Assembly (NCBI GenBank): GCA_002712305.1
Contig: PATE01000102.1
Coordinates: 1-55,090 of the forward strand
DNA: 55,090 nucleotides
Source: Gemmatimonadota bacterium
Lineage (GTDB): Bacteria; Latescibacterota; UBA2968; UBA8231
Reading direction: 5' to 3'
Positions 1 through 9,619 of the stretch are shown here, in pieces. Position 1 is the first letter of the stretch, and every line of letters begins with the position of its first letter. A program made the position numbers and the translations under genes. The notes beneath the pieces are model-generated. The model searched no databases. It was not told the origin of the DNA and worked only from the letters and a program-made list of their open reading frames with translations.

Positions 1-303
1 GGTCACCAGGTCCGGACGATTCCACACACACCACCATGCGGTTCGCAGGGCTGCCGCTGCGAAGGCGATGAGTTTGCCGGTGGCACCCACCTGAGGTGTC
101 AGAAAGCGGCGCGTGGTCACCGGATGTTCGGCGTCGAATTCACGATCCCCTTCGAAGGCGGGGGCGAGGATCGTACATCCCTCGTGTCCGGCAAGTCGCC
201 ATAAGCGGCCCAGAACGTTGGCGATGCCACCGACGATGGGCGGATAGTCGAAGGTGAGCAGGAGCGATCGCTGTACAGGCGGATCAGCAGCGGGCTCGTT
301 CAT
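1..303 (-). CDS. Glycosyltransferase family 4 (PimB/RfaB-like), N-terminal part; truncated by window edge
   Basis: Not in the ORF track. Manual translation from ATG 303 gives MNEPAADPPVQRSLLLTFDYPPIVGGIANVLGRLW...APAFEGDREFD; LLLTFDYPPxxGGI is the typical GT4 N-terminal motif. Its start overlaps the stop of the upstream receiver ORF (ATGA). Confidence 0.8.
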   Translation of the reverse strand, partial: MNEPAADPPVQRSLLLTFDYPPIVGGIANVLGRLWRLAGHEGCTILAPAFEGDREFDAEHPVTTRRFLTPQVGATGKLIAFAAAALRTAWWCVWNRPDLVT

Positions 304-725
304 GGGCTGTCGAGGATCTCTCGGACACGACCGACAAGACTCTGCAGAGAGAAGGGTTTCTCCATCAGTTCGTCGGCCCCTTCGAAGTCATCGAGTCCAG
401 CGGTAACACCTGTGATGATGACGATGCGAACATGAGACTGCCCGGCACGCAACTGATTGAGGACTTCCCGGCCCGACATTCTCGGCATGGAGTGGTCGAG
501 AAGAACCAGATGGATTTCCTCCTCATTCCGTTCGAAGGTCTCCAAGCCGCTTTCGCCGTCTTCGGCTTCCAGCACGGTGTAACCCCGGCGTCTGAGCATG
601 CGAGCCGCCGTGCTGCGGACCATCTTCTCATCATCGATGATGAGGATGGTCTCGTCTCCCCCTGGAAGCTGCTGGGGTGGCGTCGTTGTCAAAGGTTGCT
701 CCATCTGGGCAACGGTCATGGGCAA
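300..725 (-). CDS. Response regulator receiver (REC) domain; probably the C-terminal remnant of a hybrid histidine kinase
   Basis: ETILIIDDE...VLEAEDG...LVLLDHSMPRMSG...IITG...EKPF receiver motifs. Preceded by 'YLP' and a linker typical of the HATPase-to-REC junction. Confidence 0.8.
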   Translation of the reverse strand: MPMTVAQMEQPLTTTPPQQLPGGDETILIIDDEKMVRSTAARMLRRRGYTVLEAEDGESGLETFERNEEEIHLVLLDHSMPRMSGREVLNQLRAGQSHVRIVIITGVTAGLDDFEGADELMEKPFSLQSLVGRVREILDSP

Positions 726-1129
726 ATACCCGGTACCTGCAGTCGCTCAGCCTGGGCGACACGTTCGGTGATTTCTTCGCGTACGATGATCGCCCCGGCC
801 CGTTCAGGCAGAAGGATGACACGCACCTCGTGAAGCACGAGGGTGCCCTCCTTCGATTCCGTTCCCGAAAGCAGGGGCGATGGCATCTCCAGGTCGTCGG
901 CCTACGAGGCCAGGGCCTGCTCGACCATGGCTTTCGGTAGAATGGGGTCATTGTCATCGGGGGCGACATCCCAAACAGGACGGCCGATGAGAGCGTCAGT
1001 ACTGGCCGATTCCTCCGTCTTGGTCGCTGCTGCCAGATAGGCGTCGTTCACGTCGACGATCGTCCCACGTGAGTCGATCAGGATTGCCGGCAACGGCAAT
1101 ACGGAAAAGACGGAACTGTAGTCAAACAC
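717..1129 (-). pseudogene. PAS/PAC sensor fragment with in-frame TAG, remnant of a hybrid sensor kinase
   Basis: Starts at GTG 1129 (LPLPAILIDSRGTIVDVNDAY...LIGRPVWD). Past the TAG at 902-904 the same frame continues as ...GAIIVREEITERVAQAERL, the PAC-terminal DITE-like motif, then runs out of frame into the REC ORF. Confidence 0.7.
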
Positions 1130-1130
1130 G

Positions 1131-2222
1131 TCAGTCGGCCCCTCGAAAAGGGGCGCGAAGAGTGGCGGTGCGGCGGGCGGGTTCATACCAGCCCTGTGGT
1201 GCGTGATCGGAGGTGTGTAGATAACATTCGATGGCGACTTGGCTGCTGCCCTCGGTAAAGGTGAACAACCGGCTCATGGGCATCGTCGTCAGTCCCGCAT
1301 GATACTTCGTCACGGCCGAGCAATTGACGAAGGTTGTTCCCCACTTCTGCTCAACATGGGACCGGCCACCATGGGTGTCGTCCGGATGCGTATGGGTATG
1401 GGAGCCGAGCCACAGGTCGGTTGCGCCGGGATGGGCGGCAAGATACCCCTCGAAGGCCTGCGCGTCCGGTTTTCCATCGACGAAGTAGAGATAACTGGCC
1501 CCCTCAGGGCCACCGGCGGGGAAGTAGCCGTGGTAGTGGCTGACCCAGTTGCCATCTTCGTCCTTGCGGAAGCCCTCCCAGGGGCCCGACGCAACGGTTG
1601 TCTCCTTGAGCATGTGATGGTGTGCCGTGATGACGATCTCGTCTTCGGCGACCGACTCGACATGTTGTTGCCACCAGTCAAAGGTCTCGCCCGTGACGGC
1701 GCCTGCAGGGTATCCGCCTCGCACGGCGCGGCCCACAGGTGGCCCACCGTCGTTTCGGTCGCTCATCATCAGGATGCGGATGTTGCCCACACGGAAGTGG
1801 TAACGCTCCCACGTCCCATCGATCGCAAAGGGTCGTCGCTGGGCATCGACGCCAGAGTATTCGGTCGAGATGCCTTCCGGATCGACCCACTTCCGAAACC
1901 ACCACTGACACTCCTCGTCGGGACCAGAGGCGTCGTGATTGCCGATGATGTTGTAGAAGTGCTCACGTCGATGTCGGGTGGCTGCGGCGAACTGCCGCAC
2001 AACCTCTTCGCCTTCCTCATCGTCCGGCGATCCCTGATTGCCGGACAGGTCACCCAGATGAAGGGCAATATCCCACTCGAAGGGCGGTCCTCCTTCGTCG
2101 CCGCCCTGCTCCGACTGGCGGATGGCCGTGGCCAGACTCTCACGGCCGTCGCGTCGCAGGTCTGTTCCCACGTGGGAACAGCCCATGACCCACAATCTGA
2201 ATTGACGCGTCTCCTCTGCCAT
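1131..2222 (-). CDS. Calcineurin-like metallophosphoesterase
   Basis: Motifs GCSH (in place of DxH), LGDLS, GNHD, AHHH and GSHTH. Start chosen at ATG 2222 (MAEETRQ). Confidence 0.8.
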   Translation of the reverse strand: MAEETRQFRLWVMGCSHVGTDLRRDGRESLATAIRQSEQGGDEGGPPFEWDIALHLGDLSGNQGSPDDEEGEEVVRQFAAATRHRREHFYNIIGNHDASGPDEECQWWFRKWVDPEGISTEYSGVDAQRRPFAIDGTWERYHFRVGNIRILMMSDRNDGGPPVGRAVRGGYPAGAVTGETFDWWQQHVESVAEDEIVITAHHHMLKETTVASGPWEGFRKDEDGNWVSHYHGYFPAGGPEGASYLYFVDGKPDAQAFEGYLAAHPGATDLWLGSHTHTHPDDTHGGRSHVEQKWGTTFVNCSAVTKYHAGLTTMPMSRLFTFTEGSSQVAIECYLHTSDHAPQGWYEPARRTATLRAPFRGAD

Positions 2223-2318
2223 GGGAGCAAATGATAACCTTCGCATTGCCGGACGCCAGCAGGAACCTCAAGTTATCAGTCGTCAGCTCCAGCTGACCTA
2301 TGAATTGCCGACTCTGTT

Positions 2319-5204
2319 ATGAGGACTCTAATGCCACGATCAACACGCTGTCGCCTTCTCTCGCTGCTTGCTACGTCGTGCCTGCTGGCGGGTCTCGTAT
2401 CCTGCGCACCGTCGGCGCCGCCGCCACAGGCTGCAGAGCCCCCTGCCGTGGCGCTGCCCAAAGACCCCAATGTGCGCACCGGCACCCTCGCCAATGGCAT
2501 GCGCTACGTCATCCGCCACAACGAGAAGCCGGAACAGCGTCTCGAATTGCGCCTCGTCGTCGATGTGGGATCTGTTCTTGAGCACGATTCCGAACAGGGG
2601 CTGGCACACTTCGCCGAGCACATGGCCTTCAATGGGACGGCCAATTTCGAAAAGCAGGAACTGATCGACTATCTCGAGTCGATTGGTATGCGCTTCGGTG
2701 CCGATGTGAATGCCTATACATCCTTCGACGAGACGGTCTATATGTTGACGGTCCCCACCGACAGCATGGACGTCGTCACCACCGCCTTCCAAATCCTGCA
2801 GGACTGGGCACAGGCGGTGAGCTTCGACGCGGAGGAGATCGACAAGGAGAGAGGCGTCGTCATCGAAGAGTGGCGAAGTCGGCGCGGTGCAGGACAACGG
2901 ATGCAGGACGAGCAGCTGCCGATCCTGTTGCACGAGTCGCTCTATGCAGATCGTTTGCCGATCGGCACTGTGGAGAATCTCGAGTCCTTTCCGCACGATA
3001 CGCTGCGCGCGTTCTACAAACGCTGGTATCGCCCGGATCTGATGAGCATCGTCGCCGTGGGTGATCTGGCCCCCGATCTGCTGGACAGTCTCATCCGCTC
3101 CACCTTTGATCCATTGCAGGCTCAGGATGATCCCGAAGAGCGGGTCTACCATCCCGTACCCGATCACCCTCAAACCCTGTTTGCCATCGCCACCGATCCC
3201 GAGGCTACGAGCAACGTCGTCTACATCTATTCGAAACAGGACGTGAGAGAAGACTCGACGGCCGATGCTTATCGACGCTCGATCATGGAGTCCCTCTATC
3301 ACGGCATGGTCAACCAGCGTCTCTACGAGCTCACTCAAGAGGCAGATCCCGAGTTCCTCGGTGGGGGGTCAGGCCAGGGCCGCTGGCTGCGGACGAAGGA
3401 GTTCACCTATCTCGGTGCGGCCGTACAGAACAACGGCTTCAACAGGGGGCTCGAGGCGCTGTTGAGAGAGGCGGCCAGGGTCCGACGACACGGATTCACG
3501 GCGACAGAACTGGCACGGCAAAAGACACAGAAGCTCCGCTCCATGGAACAGATGGCACGGGAATACGACAAGACAGAGTCTGCTCGCTTTGCCTCGGAAT
3601 ATGTGCGTCACGTCCTGGAGGGTGAACCGATCCCCGGCATTGCCCGTGAACTCGAACTGCATCAGGAACTGCTGCCGACCATCTCTCTGGAGGACATCAA
3701 CGCTCTCGCGCGTCGAGCCGTGCGAACCGACAATCGCGTGATCACGATCAGCGCACCCGAAGCTGATCAGATCATCGTTCCCGATGAGACCGAACTGCTG
3801 ACCGCCTTCGATGTCGTCAATACCATGGAGATCGAGCCCTACGTCGACGCCGCCGCTGACCGACCCCTGCTGCCGAATGAACCGGTGGCCGGAACCGTCG
3901 TGGCACGCAACTCCATCCCGGAATTGGGCGTCACGAGATGGACACTCAGCAATGGGGTTCAGGTGACGCTGAAGCCGACGGACTTCAAGAATGACCAGAT
4001 CCTGTTCAGCTCGTACAGCCTCGGCGGACACTCCCTCGTAGACGACGCCGACTACATGGCAGCGAACACGGCAACGTCCTCCGTCACACAGGGCGGGATT
4101 GGTAATTTCGACCAGATCGAATTGGGCAAATGGTTGGCAGGGAAAGTGGTCAGTGTCAGCCCCTATATCTCACAGCTGGACGAAGGTGTGTCCGGATCGG
4201 CGTCACCGGAAGACGTGGAAACGATGTTCCAGCTGATCTACGCCTATGTCACGGCGCCGAGGCCTGATACGAGCGCCTACGCTTCGTACATGACACGGCT
4301 CCATGCTGCCATCGAGAATCGCAGTTCGCAACCTGAAGTAGCCTATTCTGACACGATCCAGGCGACCATGTCGCAGCATCACCATCGGGCCCGTCCGTGG
4401 ACCCTCGAACTGCTCGAGGAGATGGATCTGGAACGCTCGACTGCGATCTACCGCGACCGCTTCGCTAACGCAGGAGACTTCCACTTCTACTTCGTCGGCA
4501 ATTTCACCCCAGAGGATATAGAGCCCCTCGTCACCCTGTATCTGGGAGGCCTGCCCACCACGGGTCGCCAGGAGACATGGCGCGACATCGACATGGATCC
4601 ACCCGACCAGATCGTGGAAAAGACGGTTCGGCGGGGGGTCGCGCCCAAGGCGCGGACCCGACTGGTGTTCACCGGTAATTTCGATTTCGGGAACCGGCGC
4701 GACCGGCTGCACATCGAGACCATGGCAGAGGCATTCCAGATCAAATTGAGGGAGATTGTGCGTGAAGATATGGGGGGCACCTATGGTGTCGGTGTCCGAG
4801 CCTCGACCAACCATTACCCCGATGAGACGTACCGGATCACGATCAACTTTGGCTGCGATCCCGAGCGCGTGGAGGAGTTGACGGAGGCCGTCTTCGTACA
4901 GATCGACTCGGTCCGTGATGTGGGGCTCGATTCTACGTATGTGGACAAGGTGAAGGAGATTCGCCGCCGTGAGCACGAAGTGAATTTGAAGGAGAACGGT
5001 TGGTGGCTCAGTGTTCTCGAGTGGGTGGATTATCACGATGTGGATCCAGCGGTCATCCTCGATGAGTCGATCGTCGAGGCGCTGACCCCCGAGGACGTCC
5101 AGGTCGCGGCCGAGCGCTGGTTCGACAAGAGCCGCTACGCGCGTTTCGTCCTGCTGCCACAACCCGAGGACGAGACAGAGACGGCAACTGAGGACGGTTC
5201 ATGA
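2319..5204 (+). CDS. M16B zinc metalloprotease (PqqL-like), predicted lipoprotein
   Basis: Inverted zincin HFAEH, NAYTSFDETVY, EIDKERGVVIEE and YRPD; two-halved M16 architecture; lipobox LVSC. Confidence 0.93.
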   Translation: MRTLMPRSTRCRLLSLLATSCLLAGLVSCAPSAPPPQAAEPPAVALPKDPNVRTGTLANGMRYVIRHNEKPEQRLELRLVVDVGSVLEHDSEQGLAHFAEHMAFNGTANFEKQELIDYLESIGMRFGADVNAYTSFDETVYMLTVPTDSMDVVTTAFQILQDWAQAVSFDAEEIDKERGVVIEEWRSRRGAGQRMQDEQLPILLHESLYADRLPIGTVENLESFPHDTLRAFYKRWYRPDLMSIVAVGDLAPDLLDSLIRSTFDPLQAQDDPEERVYHPVPDHPQTLFAIATDPEATSNVVYIYSKQDVREDSTADAYRRSIMESLYHGMVNQRLYELTQEADPEFLGGGSGQGRWLRTKEFTYLGAAVQNNGFNRGLEALLREAARVRRHGFTATELARQKTQKLRSMEQMAREYDKTESARFASEYVRHVLEGEPIPGIARELELHQELLPTISLEDINALARRAVRTDNRVITISAPEADQIIVPDETELLTAFDVVNTMEIEPYVDAAADRPLLPNEPVAGTVVARNSIPELGVTRWTLSNGVQVTLKPTDFKNDQILFSSYSLGGHSLVDDADYMAANTATSSVTQGGIGNFDQIELGKWLAGKVVSVSPYISQLDEGVSGSASPEDVETMFQLIYAYVTAPRPDTSAYASYMTRLHAAIENRSSQPEVAYSDTIQATMSQHHHRARPWTLELLEEMDLERSTAIYRDRFANAGDFHFYFVGNFTPEDIEPLVTLYLGGLPTTGRQETWRDIDMDPPDQIVEKTVRRGVAPKARTRLVFTGNFDFGNRRDRLHIETMAEAFQIKLREIVREDMGGTYGVGVRASTNHYPDETYRITINFGCDPERVEELTEAVFVQIDSVRDVGLDSTYVDKVKEIRRREHEVNLKENGWWLSVLEWVDYHDVDPAVILDESIVEALTPEDVQVAAERWFDKSRYARFVLLPQPEDETETATEDGS

Positions 5205-6256
5205 GTCTCGAACAGCGCGAGCTGTTCATCGCCGGCGAGGGTGGGTATCACACCTATCGCATCCCGGTGCTTGCGGTGACTTCGACCGGTCGCATTCTGG
5301 CCTTCTGTGAAGGAAGACGTGATTCTCGATCGGATAGCGGCCAGATCGATCTGTTGCTTCGCCACAGCGACGATGAGGGAGTGACCTGGTCGGATGTACT
5401 CGTCGTGGCCACAGAACCGGAGATGACCAGCGGCAATCCGTGTCCCGTTGTCGACCGGACGACGGGCCGGATCCTGCTGCCTTTCTGCAGGAATCTGGCC
5501 GACGGCCCCGAGTCGATGATCTGCGAGGGCAAGGCGCCACGCACGGTGTGGCTGACCCACTCAGATGACGACGGTCTCACCTGGTCTGTGCCACGTGAGA
5601 TCACGGAGCAGACGAAGGATCCAACCTGGACGTGGTATGCCACCGGTCCCTGTCACGGGATCCAACTGACGTCGGGCAGACTGGTGGTTCCCTGTGATCA
5701 CATGGTCGGGGTCTATCACGATCGTCAGCGAGATCCCTATCACTCACACGTGATCATCTCCGATGACGGGGGCGATTCGTGGCGCATCGGTGGTGTCGTT
5801 GAAGAGGGGACGAATGAGTGTGCCGTCGCCGAACTGGCGGATCACTCGCTGTACATCAACTGTCGAAACTATCGGGGTGAGAAGCGCCGCGCGGCAGCGC
5901 GCAGCAGGGATGGTGGCGACAGCTTCGAGGCTCGCTTCTGGGTCGACGATCACCCCGAACCGATCTGTCAGGGAGCCCTGACGAGTCTGTCCGACGAGCA
6001 CGGGCCGGGAGATCGCTTGCTGTTTTCGAACCCGTCCAGTCAGCAGGCCAGGGAGCGACTGACGATCCGCCGAAGTGAAGATGGCGGGCAGACGTGGCCA
6101 ACAGCACGCTGCCTGTACGAAGGGCCCTCTGCCTACAGCGATCTCGCCATCACCAGCGGTGACACGGCGCTGTGTCTATACGAACGGGGAGCCGATGCCG
6201 CCTATGAGACACTCACCCTGGCGCGGTTCGACGAAGTTTGGCTGGAAGGCGAGTGA
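5201..6256 (+). CDS. Sialidase-family (GH33, BNR/Asp-box) protein
   Basis: YRIP motif, Asp-boxes SDDEGVTW, SDDDGLTW, SDDGGDSW, SRDGGDSF and SEDGGQTW, and AYSDL near the C-terminus. ATGA overlap with the M16 gene. Confidence 0.92.
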   Translation: MSLEQRELFIAGEGGYHTYRIPVLAVTSTGRILAFCEGRRDSRSDSGQIDLLLRHSDDEGVTWSDVLVVATEPEMTSGNPCPVVDRTTGRILLPFCRNLADGPESMICEGKAPRTVWLTHSDDDGLTWSVPREITEQTKDPTWTWYATGPCHGIQLTSGRLVVPCDHMVGVYHDRQRDPYHSHVIISDDGGDSWRIGGVVEEGTNECAVAELADHSLYINCRNYRGEKRRAAARSRDGGDSFEARFWVDDHPEPICQGALTSLSDEHGPGDRLLFSNPSSQQARERLTIRRSEDGGQTWPTARCLYEGPSAYSDLAITSGDTALCLYERGADAAYETLTLARFDEVWLEGE

Positions 6257-6280
6257 GTTCGGACACCGATTCTAGCGCAG

Positions 6281-6799
6281 TTGGCCAGGCGTCTGGCCTG
6301 CCACGGGCTGATCAGCCCGGTGGACGGCGAAGAGGGTTACGTCGAATTGTTCCGTCGTCTTCAGCCGGTACCACCCATGGCCAATTCCTACCCGGGGTCG
6401 CCGCCACGACTCAACGATCGTCAGCAAGCTGTGCTGCGTGCCTTCGAGGTGTCGGGGCCGCTGTCTCCAAAACAGCTCCGTGAGCAGTCGGGGCTCGACT
6501 ATCGGCCTCTCATGGCGGCGGTCAATCGCTTGGAGGAAGCTTTCCTCGTCTGCGAGGACCAAACCGATGATTCGTGGGATCGGCCCCTCCATCTGTTCGA
6601 GCGCGAATGGCCAGACGCCCAAACCGAAGACACCGACCCCTTCGAAGCAAAGGCGCAGGTGCTGCTGCGGTGGGCCCTGACTTATCACCACGTAACGGCG
6701 GAGCAGGCTGCCTCGCTCACCGGTTGGCCCAAACGACAGCTGGCGAGTCTGTTGTCTGCCCTGCATGAACGGGGCGAACTTCAGATCCTTGAAACGTCA
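6281..6799 (+). pseudogene. Winged-helix AlkZ/YcaQ-like (HTH_42) protein fragment, 3'-truncated
   Basis: wHTH-like GPLSPKQLREQSGL...VNRLEEAFLVCEDQTD segment. After about 6800 the listed ORF is only the antisense of the convergent PAS fragment. Family assignment is from recollection of homologues. Confidence 0.5.
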
Positions 6800-7366
6800 C
6801 CCGTCAGCTATCGCCTCCAGCACCTGCTGGATCTGATCGGCCGTCGTCATCGACCATACGCCCTCCCGCACCCTCTGTATCACCAGGCGTTTGCTCTCCT
6901 GGTACTTCCGCTCGGTGATATCGCGGGCGACGCCATGGGTACCGACATAGTCGGTCCCACGATAGAGGCCATGGGCGGAGAAGGAGAAATGGCGCACGTC
7001 CATTTCTACATCGCGTATCACGCCACCGCGGGATCGCAGGCGCACCTCCATACGGCGAGCAGCTCGGTCTCCTGTGCGTCGCTCGTGGAAGGCGCGACCC
7101 ACGCGGTCGATGTCTTCCGGATGTAACACGTCGGTGTAGCGACGCTCGATCACCTCATCCGGCGAATACCCGAGTAGATGACCGATTTCGCTGTTGGCGG
7201 AAATGAATCGACTGTCCGGATCCAGGACATAGATGAAGTCGGACGAGCCCTCCACCGGGGCTCGATACCGGGCCTCGGACAGAGCCAGTTCCTGAAGGGC
7301 AGCCGAATCGGGCTGCAGAGCGCCAGCATCGTCGGCGTCAGGTTTTCTGTCGGGAGGGGCGCTCAT
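6797..7366 (-). pseudogene. PAS/PAC domain protein, apparently the truncated N-terminus of a sensor protein
   Basis: SEARYRxxVExSSDFIYVLD...LLGYSPDEV...LHPED...GVARDITERK. Ends abruptly at the start of a following helical/GAF-like segment, with no output domain. Confidence 0.7.
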
Positions 7367-7479
7367 ATCGGAGGGGTCCGAGAAGAGGAGAGGTTCGTAG
7401 AACTCGGCTCAGAATCTCATGTAGATTAAGTAAAAATAGTTAGATAGGACGTGTGTCTAAACTCAAGTTGGGTCCGATC

Positions 7480-8826
7480 TCAGGCTGACAGCTCCAACGC
7501 CTCGTCCGCCCAGGTCTCGAGGCAACCCAATTCTGCCGCCAGATCGAGGATCGTATACCGGGCACGGATGTGTCTTGCCTGCACGATGGCTCGGCGGGCA
7601 CGCGCTCGATCGACACCAAGTTCAGCGAACGTGACGGGAGCGCCCGCTTCGGCGAGGGAGCGGCGTAGGACCGACGCGGGAATCAGCTGGTCCTTCACGA
7701 GGCTGAGGTGCTCCGTCGTCGCGAAACGCCGCAGCCGCTCGACGATCTGGTGATTGCTGAGGTTGTCGCCCAGTCGAGCAGTAGGTTGAACGGCGGGCCA
7801 CAGGGGGCCGAAACTCTGGCTGATGTGGTCGGAATCGGCCGACCATGGCGCCTGGCGCGCCAGCTTGTCGATCTCCAGTCGAGGACGATCGACCTCGAGA
7901 AGTCGCTCATACAGGTGGGCGATCGTGATCGTTGCCACGGCGACCTGGCGACCGTGGAGATCGTGGCTCGCGCCCCAGGCGTAGTGCTCCATGTCGAGGT
8001 AGTGGGAGACGAGATGTTCAGCGCCACTTGAGGGTGCAGATGTCCCGGCCACATCCATGGCCAGTCCCGACAACAGCAGGCCCCCCATGAGTCGAATGGT
8101 TGCGGGTGCCTCTGCCCGGGCAAGTGCGGGCCCGATTCCCTCGATCATTTCGTCAGCGTCCCCCACCAGATTCAGCGCATCCGGGACGAAGGGAGTTCCG
8201 GTCAGGATGTGACTCAGGGCCCAGTCGGCGCAGCTGGTCGCACGAGATCGGAGATCACCATAACCGGCCCCTCTCATGGTCGCGGGTGCGGCGGCCAGCA
8301 CATCGCCGTCCACCAGGCATCCGCGAGGCGCCCGACAGGGGTGTGTCGTCTTGACACCCTCCACCAGCAAGGCCACCGATGCAGAGAGGTATCCATTCAT
8401 GGAAGGCGCGGTCGGAACCACGACGTAGGGCAGGTCGAGTTCATCACAGGCGGCTCGAGTTAAATCATTGATCGTACCCGATCCGACGGCGATGGCACCG
8501 GACACGCGCTGCTGCTGCAGGTCACTGCGCAGCATGGACACCTCCTGATTACCGGCGGTCACCTGGGTATGGCCGACGCGTGGCGACAGACGCAACACCT
8601 GGACGTCACCCGATAGATGCTGGTGCAAACGCTTTCCGGCGACACGCCAGGTCTGGCTATCACACACCAGCGCCCAGAGCCCGGGTGGAAGCCACTGCGA
8701 GAGGATCTCGCCAGCCGCATGTAGTACATCGCTGCCGATCTGCAGGCCAACACCACGCGATGCCACAAGCGCAGCGAGTCGGCGCTGCAGGGAATCTTCA
8801 TGGGCGACGGGTGACAAGGGCTCCAT
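7480..8826 (-). CDS. sn-glycerol-1-phosphate dehydrogenase-like (AraM/EgsA family)
   Basis: GSGTINDL, VPTAPSMNGYLS, AGYGDL, SGAEHLVSHYLDM and LHGRQV motifs. Start taken at ATG 8826; GTG 8856 is an alternative. Confidence 0.85.
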   Translation of the reverse strand: MEPLSPVAHEDSLQRRLAALVASRGVGLQIGSDVLHAAGEILSQWLPPGLWALVCDSQTWRVAGKRLHQHLSGDVQVLRLSPRVGHTQVTAGNQEVSMLRSDLQQQRVSGAIAVGSGTINDLTRAACDELDLPYVVVPTAPSMNGYLSASVALLVEGVKTTHPCRAPRGCLVDGDVLAAAPATMRGAGYGDLRSRATSCADWALSHILTGTPFVPDALNLVGDADEMIEGIGPALARAEAPATIRLMGGLLLSGLAMDVAGTSAPSSGAEHLVSHYLDMEHYAWGASHDLHGRQVAVATITIAHLYERLLEVDRPRLEIDKLARQAPWSADSDHISQSFGPLWPAVQPTARLGDNLSNHQIVERLRRFATTEHLSLVKDQLIPASVLRRSLAEAGAPVTFAELGVDRARARRAIVQARHIRARYTILDLAAELGCLETWADEALELSA

Positions 8827-8898
8827 GTCTGATAACTTAAGGCTTCCTCGTTTCACGCTTCTTCGCGTCTTCTTCGTTCAGTTCATCGAAAGCACTCC

Positions 8899-9615
8899 AT
8901 GTCCCTTACCATCGTCATCGGTCGCGGTCACTCCGGCACGCGAGCCATTTCCCACACGCTGTATGCCAGTGGCGTTTTCATGGGCAACACCCTCAATCGC
9001 TCGGGTGACAAGGTGCCCCCTGGGGCGATGTACGAAGCGTGCCGCGTTTTTTCGCGTCATGTCCCGTGGAAAGGGGGGCTGCAATGGGATTTCGACGCCC
9101 TCCACGACATGCCCATCGATCCGGAATTCCAGCAACTCATCGATGAATACCTGGCGGACGTCTTGCGCGACGGAAACTCACGAAAGGGCTGGAAGCTTCC
9201 TGAGACGACGCTCGTGCTTCCGTGGATCGTGCGGTTGTTCCCGGACGCCAACTACATCTATCTGGTTCGAGATCCTCGCGACTCGATCCTCGGGGGCCAC
9301 AAGACCGATGATCTGGCAGATTTTGGCGTCTCGTATCTCGAGACGGAAGATGTCTTCGAGCGTCGAGCGATCTCGTGGAAGTACCAATACGATCTGGTCG
9401 AGGCGACACCGAAACCGGCAAAGTGGATGGAGGTGCGTTTTGAGGACTTCATCCTCCATCAGGAACGTGAACTGAAACGCATGGAGCAGTTTCTCGGTTT
9501 CGATCTGGGCAGAATCGTCGTGCGCCCCGATTCGGTGGCGCGCTGGCGCAGCGCTGAATCGGTTCCGGATTTTGATTTTCTCCGACCGCACTTCGTCGAT
9601 GTGAGCACCGCCTGA
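8899..9615 (+). CDS. Sulfotransferase family protein
   Basis: 5'-PSB-like IGRGHSGTR, GWKLP, 3'-PB YLVRDPRDS and VRFEDF. Confidence 0.85.
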   Translation: MSLTIVIGRGHSGTRAISHTLYASGVFMGNTLNRSGDKVPPGAMYEACRVFSRHVPWKGGLQWDFDALHDMPIDPEFQQLIDEYLADVLRDGNSRKGWKLPETTLVLPWIVRLFPDANYIYLVRDPRDSILGGHKTDDLADFGVSYLETEDVFERRAISWKYQYDLVEATPKPAKWMEVRFEDFILHQERELKRMEQFLGFDLGRIVVRPDSVARWRSAESVPDFDFLRPHFVDVSTA

Positions 9616-9619
9616 TCTC

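Noticed and set aside
902-904. In-frame TAG as pyrrolysine or stop-codon reassignment
   Set aside because: TAG terminates intact genes elsewhere (e.g. 15459-15461, 41956-41958), no pyl genes are present, and the same gene also has an out-of-frame junction. A nonsense mutation is simpler.
7409-7436. dif-like site (TGTAGA-TTAAGTAAAAA)
   Set aside because: There is only a partial XerD-arm resemblance and no XerC arm. It is more likely the AT-rich promoter of the PAS gene.
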